64,000 nucleotides of DNA from an alpha proteobacterium SCGC AAA240-E13 (lineage in GTDB: Bacteria; Pseudomonadota; Alphaproteobacteria; Pelagibacterales; Pelagibacteraceae). The position numbers were made by a program, and so were the translations under genes. The notes beneath the pieces were generated by a model. That model had not been told where the DNA came from. It searched no databases and saw only the letters and a program-made list of their open reading frames with translations. Each line of letters opens with the position of its first letter. Positions within the stretch are counted from its first letter, which is position 1. Below are positions 37,689 to 47,865 of the stretch, in pieces. The stretch spans positions 15,863 through 79,862 of the forward strand of contig AZHR01000004.1 in NCBI GenBank assembly GCA_000504625.1, written 5' to 3'.

Positions 37689-38504
37689 TTATTTAATAAA
37701 AATTGAGCATATAACTCTATCAATAAAATATTTTGTATATTTTAAAAGAAAAATCATTGAGACCAATAAAATGTTTTGCCCATTGTCTATTCTAATTTTA
37801 ACAGTTTCGGAAAGATAATCCATAAAGGATATTTTGGATGATATTCCTCCCCTCCTAAACTTACCAAATATCTCATTTTTTTTAGTAGCCATTCCATTTA
37901 ATTTGTGTTTTACGATCATTCTATAAAAAAGATCATAATCAGCTGAATATTTATATTTAATATTATAAAGGCCAATTTTTTTTTGTGCCTTTTTTTTTAT
38001 AAAAAAACCAATTGAATGAGTTGTATAAAAACCAAAACTCCAATGTATTTTCCAAGGATTATATCCGTGCAAAAGTTTATATTTAATTACACTCCCGAAA
38101 AGGAAATCTATATATTTATTTCGATTAAAATAATTTGCAGCTATTTTGAGAGCTCGCTTATAATAAATATCATCAGAATTAAGAATTGCAATTATTGAAC
38201 CATGACTTAATTTTATTCCTTTATTCATAGCATCGTAAATACCTTTATCTTTTTCTGATATCCAATAATTTATTTTTGAATCATTTTTTTTTAAAATATC
38301 TATTGTTCCATCAGTTGATTTTCCATCAACAATTATTAGTTCATAATTTTTATAACTCTGATCTATAACGCTTTGAATAGATTGTTTTAAAAATTTTTTA
38401 TTATTTAATACAACTGTAATTATTGATATTAAAGGTAAGTTTTTTTTATCTTTTTTAAAATAACCTTTTTTTCTCAACCCACCTGAAATTTTTTTCCGTT
38501 TCAT
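37689..38504 (-). CDS. glycosyltransferase family 2
   Basis: ISIITVVLNN...SIQSVIDQSYKNYELIIVDGKSTDGT, and the DxD region NSDD. Confidence 0.85.
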   Translation of the reverse strand: MKRKKISGGLRKKGYFKKDKKNLPLISIITVVLNNKKFLKQSIQSVIDQSYKNYELIIVDGKSTDGTIDILKKNDSKINYWISEKDKGIYDAMNKGIKLSHGSIIAILNSDDIYYKRALKIAANYFNRNKYIDFLFGSVIKYKLLHGYNPWKIHWSFGFYTTHSIGFFIKKKAQKKIGLYNIKYKYSADYDLFYRMIVKHKLNGMATKKNEIFGKFRRGGISSKISFMDYLSETVKIRIDNGQNILLVSMIFLLKYTKYFIDRVICSIFIK

Positions 38505-38508
38505 TTTT

Positions 38509-39594
38509 TTAAAAATACTTTGATATTATTTGAAAATATCTATCGCAGTTAGTTTTATAATCAAATCTTATAAGACTTTTATATCCCCTATTAATTTTAA
38601 GTTTTGTTTCTCGGGATTTTTTATTAAAATTTTTTAGCAAATAAAATAATTGATTATAATCCCCAACTTTAAATAAACCTCCATACAAACCACGTTTGAG
38701 TATTTCTCTTGGTCCGGTGGGACAATCAGAAGAGATAATGTATTTTTTAAGATATAAGGTTTCGATCAAAACATTTGGTAATCCTTCAAAAATAGAAGAT
38801 AAAACAAACACATCAGAAGTTTTTACATAAGACTCCGGATTTTTTTGATAGCCAATTAATTTTACAATTTTTTGTAATTCATTTTGCAATATATATTTTC
38901 TTAACTTTTTTTCTCTGTACCCTCTGCCTATAATGGCCAGTTTACATTTTTTAAACTCACTTAGTTTTTTTACAGCTTTCAATAAAGTGAAATGATCTTT
39001 TTGATCAGTCAACCTAGCTACATTAATTATTTTTAAAGATTTTTTATCACTAAAAAAAGAGAAATTTACTTTTTTAACTTTTTTTCCAACAAAAGGATTG
39101 TAGATAACGTTGGGTATTATAGAAAAAAATTTTCTAAATTTTTTCTTAAAATCAAAACTGTTAACAATTATTTCATCAGCTAGATTAAAAAAAAACTTGA
39201 AAATTATTTTATAAATACCATTTTTTATATATTTTTCAGGACTTGTATTTGATCTAATTATGGTTTTTTTTTTAAAAATTAGCCCTAGCATTATTGCAAT
39301 GATATTCGATTGGAATGACAAAATTACAACATCTTCATTACGACAATTTTTGAAAAATAGAAAAATCGCAACTAACGTTTTTATTAATCTTGAATTTTTT
39401 ATACTTTTTTTATTTTTTACAGATATAATTTTTATCTTTTCATCAAAAAATCTTCTTTTGTTATTTGATGCTGTAAGAACTTTTATGGGTATATTTTTTC
39501 TTGCAAGATAGTTTGCTATTAAATATAAATTTTTTTCAACTCCAGCATTTTCTATAGATGGAATAAATATAATAAGAGATCTTTTTTTTTTCAT
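38509..39594 (-). CDS. glycosyltransferase family 4 (GT-B)
   Basis: C-terminal EGLPNVLIE motif (the E-x7-E region) and GT-B length. Confidence 0.8.
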   Translation of the reverse strand: MKKKRSLIIFIPSIENAGVEKNLYLIANYLARKNIPIKVLTASNNKRRFFDEKIKIISVKNKKSIKNSRLIKTLVAIFLFFKNCRNEDVVILSFQSNIIAIMLGLIFKKKTIIRSNTSPEKYIKNGIYKIIFKFFFNLADEIIVNSFDFKKKFRKFFSIIPNVIYNPFVGKKVKKVNFSFFSDKKSLKIINVARLTDQKDHFTLLKAVKKLSEFKKCKLAIIGRGYREKKLRKYILQNELQKIVKLIGYQKNPESYVKTSDVFVLSSIFEGLPNVLIETLYLKKYIISSDCPTGPREILKRGLYGGLFKVGDYNQLFYLLKNFNKKSRETKLKINRGYKSLIRFDYKTNCDRYFQIISKYF

Positions 39595-39619
39595 ATTAAT
39601 AAAAACTTAGATTAACAAT

Positions 39620-40849
39620 TTAAGAGTAATAATTAAATGGATCTAAAACTTTGTTTTTATTTTTAGATGATATAACTTCCTTAAAAATTTTTTTAAATAT
39701 ATTGTGATACGAAAGAAATAAAATCACATCAAATTCTATATTTTTATTTATTTTATTATAAATTCCATACATTTTTTTTGTTTTTTCTTGAGCAAAAGGA
39801 TCACATCCACTTATTTTTTTATTATTTTTTTTAATTTTTTTAAATATTTTAAAACCTAACGAATTCCTCATGTCTGCCACCCCGGCTTTATAAGTTAATC
39901 CAACGATCATAATTTTAGAATTTCTTAAAGACTTATTTTTTTTTTTTAAAAAATCATTTAATTCTTTAATTATATAATTTAACATTCCATCATTAATTTT
40001 TCTCCCAGCTAAAGCAACTTCGGTTTTAAAATTATTTTTATTTGCTATACTTGACAAATAATATGGATCTACAGGCAAGCAATGTCCTCCTACTAACCCT
40101 GGTCTAAAATTCAAAAAATTCCATTTAGATTTAGCTAATCTAACAACTTCGCTGAAACTTATTTTCAACCTCTTGCATGTAAGTAAAATTTCATTCATCA
40201 GAGCAATATTAATATCTCTCTGAATATTTTCTATGACTTTAGCAGTTTCTGCTGCTTCAATATTGTTAGATTTAATTAATTGCTTCGATATTTTATTATA
40301 AATTTTAGTAATCTTTTTTATTACAATTTTATTTTTTGTTTCAAATGCTATAATTTTCTTAATACCTAACAAAGTATATTTTTTGTCTCCAGGATTTATT
40401 CTTTCAGGACTATAACCAATGAAAAAATCTTTATTATTTTTTAAATTAGTTTTTTTTTCAAAATAATTTTTACAATCTTTAGTCACACCTGGAAAAACAG
40501 TTGACTCAATAAATATAATATCATTCTTTTTTAATACTTTTGAAACTGTTTTAACAGCATTTTTTAATGATCTTAAATCGGGCATTTTATTTTTGTGTAT
40601 TGGTGTTGGCACACAAAGAATAAAAAAATTACAGTTTTTTATATCATTTATTTTATTTGTAAAAATAATTTTTTCAAAATTGTTAAATGTCTTAGGCTTA
40701 TACTCTTTATTAATATCAATTTTTTTATTTAGATTTTTTATTCTTTCTTCATCTTTGTCAAATCCATAAGTTAAAAAATTGTTAGCGAGTCTTAGAGCGA
40801 TTGGTAAACCCACATATCCTAATCCGATAACGCAGGGAATTATTTTCAT
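39620..40849 (-). CDS. nucleotide-sugar 6-dehydrogenase (UDP-glucose/GDP-mannose dehydrogenase family, TviB/WbpO-like)
   Basis: N-terminal NAD fold VIGLGYVGLPIAL and catalytic Cys context LVGGHCLPVDPYY. Confidence 0.85.
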   Translation of the reverse strand: MKIIPCVIGLGYVGLPIALRLANNFLTYGFDKDEERIKNLNKKIDINKEYKPKTFNNFEKIIFTNKINDIKNCNFFILCVPTPIHKNKMPDLRSLKNAVKTVSKVLKKNDIIFIESTVFPGVTKDCKNYFEKKTNLKNNKDFFIGYSPERINPGDKKYTLLGIKKIIAFETKNKIVIKKITKIYNKISKQLIKSNNIEAAETAKVIENIQRDINIALMNEILLTCKRLKISFSEVVRLAKSKWNFLNFRPGLVGGHCLPVDPYYLSSIANKNNFKTEVALAGRKINDGMLNYIIKELNDFLKKKNKSLRNSKIMIVGLTYKAGVADMRNSLGFKIFKKIKKNNKKISGCDPFAQEKTKKMYGIYNKINKNIEFDVILFLSYHNIFKKIFKEVISSKNKNKVLDPFNYYS

Positions 40850-40900
40850 CGTATAAATAAATATACTTAAAATAAAATAATTGGTATATTTTTTTTTGTT

Positions 40901-41866
40901 ATGAAAATTTTAATAACAGGATGTTGTGGGTTTATTGGGTTTAATTTTGCAAACTTTCTAGCTAAATCAAATAAAAAGGTAAGAATTTTAGGAATTGATA
41001 ATTTAGATAATTACTATTCAGTTAGTCTTAAGCAGGATAGATTAAAAAAGTTATTAAAATATAAAAATTTTCATTTTTTTAAATTTAATTTAGAGAATTT
41101 TGAATTATTAAAAAAGATATTCCAAAAAAATAAATTTGATTATATATTTCATCTGGCTGCTCAAGCTGGTGTAAGATATTCGATTATTAATCCAAAAAAA
41201 TACATAAATTCAAATGTAAATGGATTTTTTAATATCATTGAACTTTCAAGGTATAATAATGTCAAAAAAATTTTTTACGCTTCTTCAAGTTCGGTATACG
41301 GTGATAGTAAAGTTTTTCCTTTACATGAAAAAAATATAATTAAACCTAAAAACGTATATAGTTTGACAAAAAAATTTAATGAAGAATTAGCAGAAATTTT
41401 TTCAAAATTTTATAACATGAAATTTGTAGGACTTAGATTTTTTACTGTTTATGGTGAATGGGGAAGACCTGATATGATGATATTTAAATATATCAAAGCT
41501 TCAATTATGAAAAAAATATTCTATTTAAATAATTATGGAAACCACACAAGAGATTTTACTTATATTGATGATGTAATTAAAATAATGCATAAATTAATAC
41601 ATTTACGGATTAAGAAAAATCATGAAATTTTTAATATATGTTCTAACAAACCAATTAAATTAATTAAAATAGTTAACTTGTTAAATAATTTAACAAAAAC
41701 TCCAAAGATAAAAAAAATTGCATTTCAAAAAGCTGATGTATTAAAAACACATGGTTCAAATAAAAAAATAATAAAATATTTAAAATATAGTAAATTTACA
41801 AACATAGACAAAGGTTTATTAAATACTTGCAAGTGGTATAGCAATTATTTAAAAAATAAATTATAA
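40901..41866 (+). CDS. NAD-dependent epimerase, UDP-glucuronate 4-epimerase-like
   Basis: ITGCCGFIGFN, DNLDNYYSVSLKQDRL, SSSSVYG, a YSLTK catalytic Tyr-x3-Lys, and RFFTVYGEWGRPDM. Confidence 0.85.
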   Translation: MKILITGCCGFIGFNFANFLAKSNKKVRILGIDNLDNYYSVSLKQDRLKKLLKYKNFHFFKFNLENFELLKKIFQKNKFDYIFHLAAQAGVRYSIINPKKYINSNVNGFFNIIELSRYNNVKKIFYASSSSVYGDSKVFPLHEKNIIKPKNVYSLTKKFNEELAEIFSKFYNMKFVGLRFFTVYGEWGRPDMMIFKYIKASIMKKIFYLNNYGNHTRDFTYIDDVIKIMHKLIHLRIKKNHEIFNICSNKPIKLIKIVNLLNNLTKTPKIKKIAFQKADVLKTHGSNKKIIKYLKYSKFTNIDKGLLNTCKWYSNYLKNKL

Positions 41867-42949
41867 ATTTTCAAATATTTTTTGATATTCATCAACACAA
41901 TTGGCCACATTAAATTTTGTTATTTTATTTTTCGCATAGTTTAATTTTTTTTGGAATTTTTTTTGTTTATTTAAAAATTTCTTTATTAAATTTGCTAGAT
42001 TTAAATGATCACCGGCATCAAAAAAATAACCTCCCTTTCCTCGTGAAAGTATTTCACTAACTCCTCCATGGCTTCTAGAACAAATAACTGGAATATTATA
42101 ACTTATTGCTTCAATTACTGAATTGGGAAAACCTTCAAAAAACGAACAGTTAATGTATAGATCAGCCTTTTTGAAATATTTACTGGTATCTTTGTAATAA
42201 CCTCTTAGATAGATTTTATCTCCTAGCTTAAGTTGCCTTATTAATTTATTTAAATTATTCTTTTGGTTTCCATCCCCAATTATTTCAAGAACAAATGTTC
42301 TATCTTTTATTAAATTTACCGCATGAATTAAAGTTTCGTATCCTTTTTCTTTTGATAATCTTCCTACACTTAATATTTTTTTAATAATATTTTTTTTTTT
42401 TACTTTCTTGCTAAATTTTTTGAATGCTGGAGAATAGATTGTTTTTACATTTGATTTACATAAAGTTTTTAAATGTTCACTTGATTTTTTGGAATTAGTA
42501 ATAATTACATTTGCTTTTTTGTACAAAAATTTTATTAGAAATTTTATAGTCTTTTTCTTTATAAAATCTATTGGGTTAAAATAAATATCAAGTTCTTTTA
42601 TTGCAGTTCTTTCTACAAGAATAATTTTCAAATTAGAATATGTGCGTAATGCCAAAATAGTTATAACGTTTGCATAATTTATATTTGATACAAATATGCT
42701 ATTATTATGAATATTTAATTTATTTATTATCTTTCTAAGTGCAAATATTGAATAAATTGCTCTGCTTGTTTTTAATTCATAAAACTTTTTTACATATTTC
42801 TTTAGTTCTTTTTTGTAGCTACATGGTCCGATTGAAATAATATACAAATCATATTTTGATTTATCAAATTTTTTGCACATTCTGGAAATAGCATTCCCGG
42901 CACCACCAGGTATAAAAACTGGTAAAAAAAATAATATGTTTTTTTTCAT
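41861..42949 (-). CDS. glycosyltransferase family 4 (GT-B)
   Basis: GRLSKEKGY and FEGFPNSVIEA motifs. Confidence 0.8.
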   Translation of the reverse strand: MKKNILFFLPVFIPGGAGNAISRMCKKFDKSKYDLYIISIGPCSYKKELKKYVKKFYELKTSRAIYSIFALRKIINKLNIHNNSIFVSNINYANVITILALRTYSNLKIILVERTAIKELDIYFNPIDFIKKKTIKFLIKFLYKKANVIITNSKKSSEHLKTLCKSNVKTIYSPAFKKFSKKVKKKNIIKKILSVGRLSKEKGYETLIHAVNLIKDRTFVLEIIGDGNQKNNLNKLIRQLKLGDKIYLRGYYKDTSKYFKKADLYINCSFFEGFPNSVIEAISYNIPVICSRSHGGVSEILSRGKGGYFFDAGDHLNLANLIKKFLNKQKKFQKKLNYAKNKITKFNVANCVDEYQKIFENL

Positions 42950-43019
42950 AAAAAGGACTACTATCCCATTTAACTTTTATTTATAAATTCAATTATCATT
43001 AAATTTCTTATAATAAATA

Positions 43020-44291
43020 ATGGCAAATATTTTAAATAAAAAGATTATAGTTGATTATTTCAATAAGAATAAATTAAAAATTTTTATTGCAATATTATTT
43101 GTTGTAATTATCAATATTTTATTAAAATCAGGAATATTATATAATTTTATTTTTGGATCTACTGAAGTATTTGGAGACCACAAATATAATATTAGTTTGC
43201 TAAAGTGTCACTATCTTGGTTTTGATGTTTACCATAATAATACTTGTACTTCCGCAATATGTAATTTTGGACGAATTTTTTTACTAATACCTTTTAATTT
43301 AAAATTAGAACATTTTTACTTAGATTACCTCCCATATATTGTAATAATATTATTTTCATTTTCTACAATTTTTATTATTAGTCCAAAAAATAAAATCCAG
43401 TATGTAGTGCTATTTTTATCAATTTTTAACCCTTCAACTTTATTGTTAATAGAACGAATTAATTTTGATATATTTATATTTTTAATATTAATTTTTATTA
43501 TCTTTAATAGAATTTATTTTATAAATTGGATTTTGATTTCTTTTGTTACTTTATCAAAGTTTTATCCTGCCATTTTAGGAATAAATATTTTATTAGAAAA
43601 TAAAAATAGAAAACTTTTAGAATTAGTATACATAATTTTGGGTATTTCTTTGTTATCAACAATTTACATATATTTTAATTATGAAAAATACCTATTGGGT
43701 CTTCAATTATTAGATCCTGCTGGATATCTTTTTTTGTTTTCATTAAAAACGATTCCAAAAATAATGAAATATTTATTTAGTTGGAATTATATTGTTCTTA
43801 TTATGTGTTTTTTAATTTTGTTCGCTTTATTAACTATTAATTTTTATAAACTTATAAAAAAAAATAAATTTGATAATTTGATTGATATATATTCATCAGA
43901 AACTAAATTATTTATATTAGGCGGTTATATTTTATTAATTTGTTATCTGATTTTTTCTAATTATGTTTATAGAGAAGTATTTTTAATTACATTGTTGCCA
44001 TTATTATTTAAGCTTCATAACATTAAGAACATAAAATTTTTAACTTTTTTTGTATATTTTATTTTTTGTAGATACGTATTTTTATTTATTTATGGATATA
44101 TAAATGCATATGAACTTTATCATGTTACATATATTAATGATGTTAGATATTTTTCAAAAGAATTTTTATTTATTACAACTCTTAAAGGAATTATAGATAT
44201 TGTTTTAATGTCTTTTATTGGATCTGTATTATTTTTAATTAGTAAAAAAATAATCTATCAGTTTAAAGCTAAACATTTTGAACAAATATAA
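43020..44291 (+). CDS. polytopic membrane protein, GT87/DUF2029- or polymerase-like (function uncertain)
   Basis: At least 10 predicted TM segments. IERINFDIFIFLIL resembles the GT-C / DUF2029 loop motif. There is no soluble domain. Confidence 0.4.
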   Translation: MANILNKKIIVDYFNKNKLKIFIAILFVVIINILLKSGILYNFIFGSTEVFGDHKYNISLLKCHYLGFDVYHNNTCTSAICNFGRIFLLIPFNLKLEHFYLDYLPYIVIILFSFSTIFIISPKNKIQYVVLFLSIFNPSTLLLIERINFDIFIFLILIFIIFNRIYFINWILISFVTLSKFYPAILGINILLENKNRKLLELVYIILGISLLSTIYIYFNYEKYLLGLQLLDPAGYLFLFSLKTIPKIMKYLFSWNYIVLIMCFLILFALLTINFYKLIKKNKFDNLIDIYSSETKLFILGGYILLICYLIFSNYVYREVFLITLLPLLFKLHNIKNIKFLTFFVYFIFCRYVFLFIYGYINAYELYHVTYINDVRYFSKEFLFITTLKGIIDIVLMSFIGSVLFLISKKIIYQFKAKHFEQI

Positions 44292-44304
44292 TAATAAATA
44301 ATTA

Positions 44305-45048
44305 ATGAACACCTTAGTAAGCGTAATAATGCCATATTACAAAAAGAAAAATTATTTTTTAAAATCTATAAACTCTGTATTAAATCAAACCTACAGAAAC
44401 CTAGAAGTGATAATTATATATGATGATCAAAACACAAATGATCTGGAATATATTGAGAGTTGCATAAAAAAAGATATGAGAGTTCAAGTAATATGCAATA
44501 ATAAAAATAAAGGTGTAGCCTATTCAAGAAATAGAGGAATATCAATAGCCCAGGGTGAGTATATAGCTTTTTTAGATTGTGATGATTATTGGGAGATTAA
44601 CAAAATTGAAGTGCAATTAAATTTTATGCTTTTTCATGGTTATGATTTTTCTCACACAACATATAAGGTCATAAATTGTAATGACCAAGTAATACGTACA
44701 ATTAAAGTGAGGAAAAAATTAGAATATAAAGAATTGTTGAAGTCTTGTGATATAGGTTTGTCTTCTGTAATTTTAAAACGGAAACTATTAGGTAATATGA
44801 GGTTTCCTGAACTTAAAACAAAAGAAGACTTTGTATTATGGTTAAGTCTAGCTAAAAAATCGGTTGATCTGATTGGTTTTGATAAACCGTTAATTTTTTG
44901 GAGACAAACTTCCAATTCATTATCAAGTTCCGTAATACAAAAATTAAAAGATGCATTTAAAGTTTATTATTTTTATGAGAAAAAAAATTTTTTTTATTCA
45001 ATTTTCTGTGTAATTAGATTATCTACTTATGCAATGTTAAAAAAATAA
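44305..45048 (+). CDS. glycosyltransferase family 2
   Basis: VSVIMPYYKK...SVLNQTYRNLEVIIIYDD and LDCDD (DxD). Confidence 0.85.
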   Translation: MNTLVSVIMPYYKKKNYFLKSINSVLNQTYRNLEVIIIYDDQNTNDLEYIESCIKKDMRVQVICNNKNKGVAYSRNRGISIAQGEYIAFLDCDDYWEINKIEVQLNFMLFHGYDFSHTTYKVINCNDQVIRTIKVRKKLEYKELLKSCDIGLSSVILKRKLLGNMRFPELKTKEDFVLWLSLAKKSVDLIGFDKPLIFWRQTSNSLSSSVIQKLKDAFKVYYFYEKKNFFYSIFCVIRLSTYAMLKK

Positions 45049-45083
45049 ATTAATGAATAATATTGCTTTAGATTACAAAAATC

Positions 45084-45758
45084 ATGAAAGAACTTACCCT
45101 TATAATTCCTGCAAAAAATGAGGCTGAATGCATACCAACAGTTTTAAATGAATTAAAAAATTTTGATTGCAAAAAAATTATTATTATTCCTAAAACTGAC
45201 TTAAATACACAAAACGCCGCAAAAAAGTTTGATTGTAAAATTTTTATACAAGACCAAGATAACGATGGATTTGGTGGAGCTTTAATACGAGGTATTAAAG
45301 AAGTCGAAACTAACTATCTATGTATATTTAATGCCGATGGTTCATTTAATCCAAAATATCTTAAAGGTATGCTTAATGAGTTATCAAACAACTGCGATTT
45401 TATATTTAATAGTAGATATGAAAATGATGGAGGAAGTGATGATGATACTTTGTTGACTTACATTGGCAATAAAGTATTTACATTTATTTGTAATTTATTG
45501 TTTAGACTAAATATTTCTGATGTATTATTTACTTTTGTTATGGGTAAAACCTCAGCTTTTAAATCTCTGAACCTTAAAAGGAATGATTTTACATTTTGTA
45601 TTGAATTACCGGTCTTAGCTAAGTTGAAAAAGTATAAACTAATTTCAAAACCTAGTTTTGAGAGATCAAGATTGTCAGGTAAAAAAAAAGTAAATGAAAT
45701 TAAAGATGGATTTTTAATATTATTATGTATATTGACAATGTTTATACTTAGAAAATGA
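45084..45758 (+). CDS. GT2, polyprenol-phosphate glycosyltransferase-like (DPM1/ArnC/GtrB type)
   Basis: [27 protein letters not shown], and a C-terminal TM helix. Confidence 0.7.
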   Translation: MKELTLIIPAKNEAECIPTVLNELKNFDCKKIIIIPKTDLNTQNAAKKFDCKIFIQDQDNDGFGGALIRGIKEVETNYLCIFNADGSFNPKYLKGMLNELSNNCDFIFNSRYENDGGSDDDTLLTYIGNKVFTFICNLLFRLNISDVLFTFVMGKTSAFKSLNLKRNDFTFCIELPVLAKLKKYKLISKPSFERSRLSGKKKVNEIKDGFLILLCILTMFILRK

Positions 45759-46819
45759 AAAATAAGATTGCTCTAATAACTGGAATTACTGGTCAAGATG
45801 GATCATATTTAGCGGAACTTTTATTAAAAAAAAAATATAAGGTACATGGAATAATTAGAAAATCTTCATCTTTTAATACTAAAAGAATAGATCATCTTTA
45901 CATTGATCCTCACAACAGAACTAATTTTTTTTTACATTATGGAGATCTTACAGATAGTAATAGCATTTATAATTTAATTCATAATATTAAACCAAACGAA
46001 ATTTACAATTTAGGTGCGCAAAGTCATGTTGGAGTTTCTTTTGAAAATCCTGAATACACCGCTGAAGTTACAGGAATAGGAACTCTAAGAGTTTTAGAAG
46101 CTATAAGATTTTTGAAAATGAAAAATATTAAATTTTATCAAGCCAGTACTTCGGAATTATTTGGTGAAAAAGATAATAATATTTTTTTTGATGAAAAATC
46201 AAAATTTCATCCTAAGTCTCCTTATGGAGTAGCAAAATTATATTCTTATTGGATAACCTCAGTATATAGGGAGGCCTACGGCTTATATGCGTGTAATGGA
46301 ATTTTATTTAACCACGAAAGTCCTAGAAGAGGAGAAACATTTGTAACAAGAAAAATCACCAGGTTTCTTACAAGAAAAAAACTTGGTTCAAATGAAATAC
46401 TTTATTTAGGTAATTTAAATGCAAAAAGAGATTGGGGTCATGCCAAAGATTACGTAGAAATGCAATGGAGAATTTTGCAACAAAAAAAACCCGAAGACTA
46501 CGTTATTGCAACTGGAAAAACTCACACAGTACGTGAATTTATTAATACTGTAGGAAAATTATTGAATATGAAAATATATTGGATTGGAAAAGGGTTAAAA
46601 GAAACTGGATATATCTACGAACACAATAGAAATAAAACAATTATTAAAATAGACAAAAAATACTTCAGGCCGAATGAGGTTCACTATTTAAGAGGAAATG
46701 CAAAAAAAGCTCATAAAAAATTAAATTTCAAACCAAAATATTCTTTTTCTAATCTCGTCAACGATATGGTAAATGAAGATTTATTTTTGGCTCAAGAAGA
46801 ACTAAGTAAAAAATATTAA
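45755..46819 (+). CDS. gmd: GDP-mannose 4,6-dehydratase
   Basis: [33 protein letters not shown] and [17 protein letters not shown]. Confidence 0.93.
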   Translation: MKNKIALITGITGQDGSYLAELLLKKKYKVHGIIRKSSSFNTKRIDHLYIDPHNRTNFFLHYGDLTDSNSIYNLIHNIKPNEIYNLGAQSHVGVSFENPEYTAEVTGIGTLRVLEAIRFLKMKNIKFYQASTSELFGEKDNNIFFDEKSKFHPKSPYGVAKLYSYWITSVYREAYGLYACNGILFNHESPRRGETFVTRKITRFLTRKKLGSNEILYLGNLNAKRDWGHAKDYVEMQWRILQQKKPEDYVIATGKTHTVREFINTVGKLLNMKIYWIGKGLKETGYIYEHNRNKTIIKIDKKYFRPNEVHYLRGNAKKAHKKLNFKPKYSFSNLVNDMVNEDLFLAQEELSKKY

Positions 46820-46827
46820 TATATTGA

Positions 46828-47865
46828 ATGAATATAATAGGAACTGTTATTTCTGTTCTTTTTATTACAATAATAATAAATTTTGTATTTAAAAAATATA
46901 ATATACTAATTGATCAAACAAATTTATCAAATCATAAAAGCTTCGTTAATGAAAATAAAATTGTGCCTCTTTCGGGAGGATTGATTTTTTTTTTAGCACT
47001 GGTTTTTTTTTTACCGGAAAATTATAAACATTTTAATATATTAATATTATTTATTTTTATAACAGGTTTATTATCTGATTTAAATATTTTACATTCTCCA
47101 ACTTTTAGAATCATATTTCAAACAATCATAATTGTGATATACTTGCTGTTATTTGATAATTTCGTATCCTCAATTAGAGTAGATTTTTTTGATAATTTAT
47201 TAAATATTTTTTTTATCAAATTATTTTTTACTTCATTTTGTATATTAATTTTAATTAACGGAACTAATTTTATAGATGGAGTTAATACTTTAGTTGTTGG
47301 ATACTTTATTTTGGTTTTTTCTAATATACTTTATTTATCTGAGATCAATAACCTTAATTTGGATAAGACATTAGTGTACACATCTTTAATTGCTTTATCG
47401 GTTATATATGTATTCAATTTATTTGGGAAAATGTTCTTAGGTGATGGAGGATCATATTTAATTAGTTTTATTGCTGGAGTAATATTAATAAAGTTTTCCA
47501 ATGACAACTACTTGGTTTCACCATACTATATTATTACTTTATTATGGTATCCAGCTTACGAAAATCTATTCTCAATAATAAGAAAAAAAATTTTAAATAA
47601 ATCTCCATCAACACCTGATAATGAGCATTTGCACCAGCTTATGTACTTATATTTTAAAAAATCATTTGATATTAGCAAAAATTTTTCCAATCTTCTATCA
47701 GGCATTTTAATTTGCTTGTATAATTTGTGTTACTTTTTTATTATTTTTGATAACTTCAATCGCACAAAAACATTAGTATTTTTTATTATTTCCAGTGTAT
47801 TTATTTACAACCTTTTATATTTTTTGTTGAAAAAAAAATTAATTAAAAATGGTAATAATGGTTAA
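46828..47865 (+). CDS. polyprenyl-phosphate sugar-1-phosphate transferase (WecA/MraY family, glycosyl transferase family 4)
   Basis: About 10 TM segments, with NFIDGVNTL and LGDGGSY motifs. Confidence 0.8.
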   Translation: MNIIGTVISVLFITIIINFVFKKYNILIDQTNLSNHKSFVNENKIVPLSGGLIFFLALVFFLPENYKHFNILILFIFITGLLSDLNILHSPTFRIIFQTIIIVIYLLLFDNFVSSIRVDFFDNLLNIFFIKLFFTSFCILILINGTNFIDGVNTLVVGYFILVFSNILYLSEINNLNLDKTLVYTSLIALSVIYVFNLFGKMFLGDGGSYLISFIAGVILIKFSNDNYLVSPYYIITLLWYPAYENLFSIIRKKILNKSPSTPDNEHLHQLMYLYFKKSFDISKNFSNLLSGILICLYNLCYFFIIFDNFNRTKTLVFFIISSVFIYNLLYFLLKKKLIKNGNNG

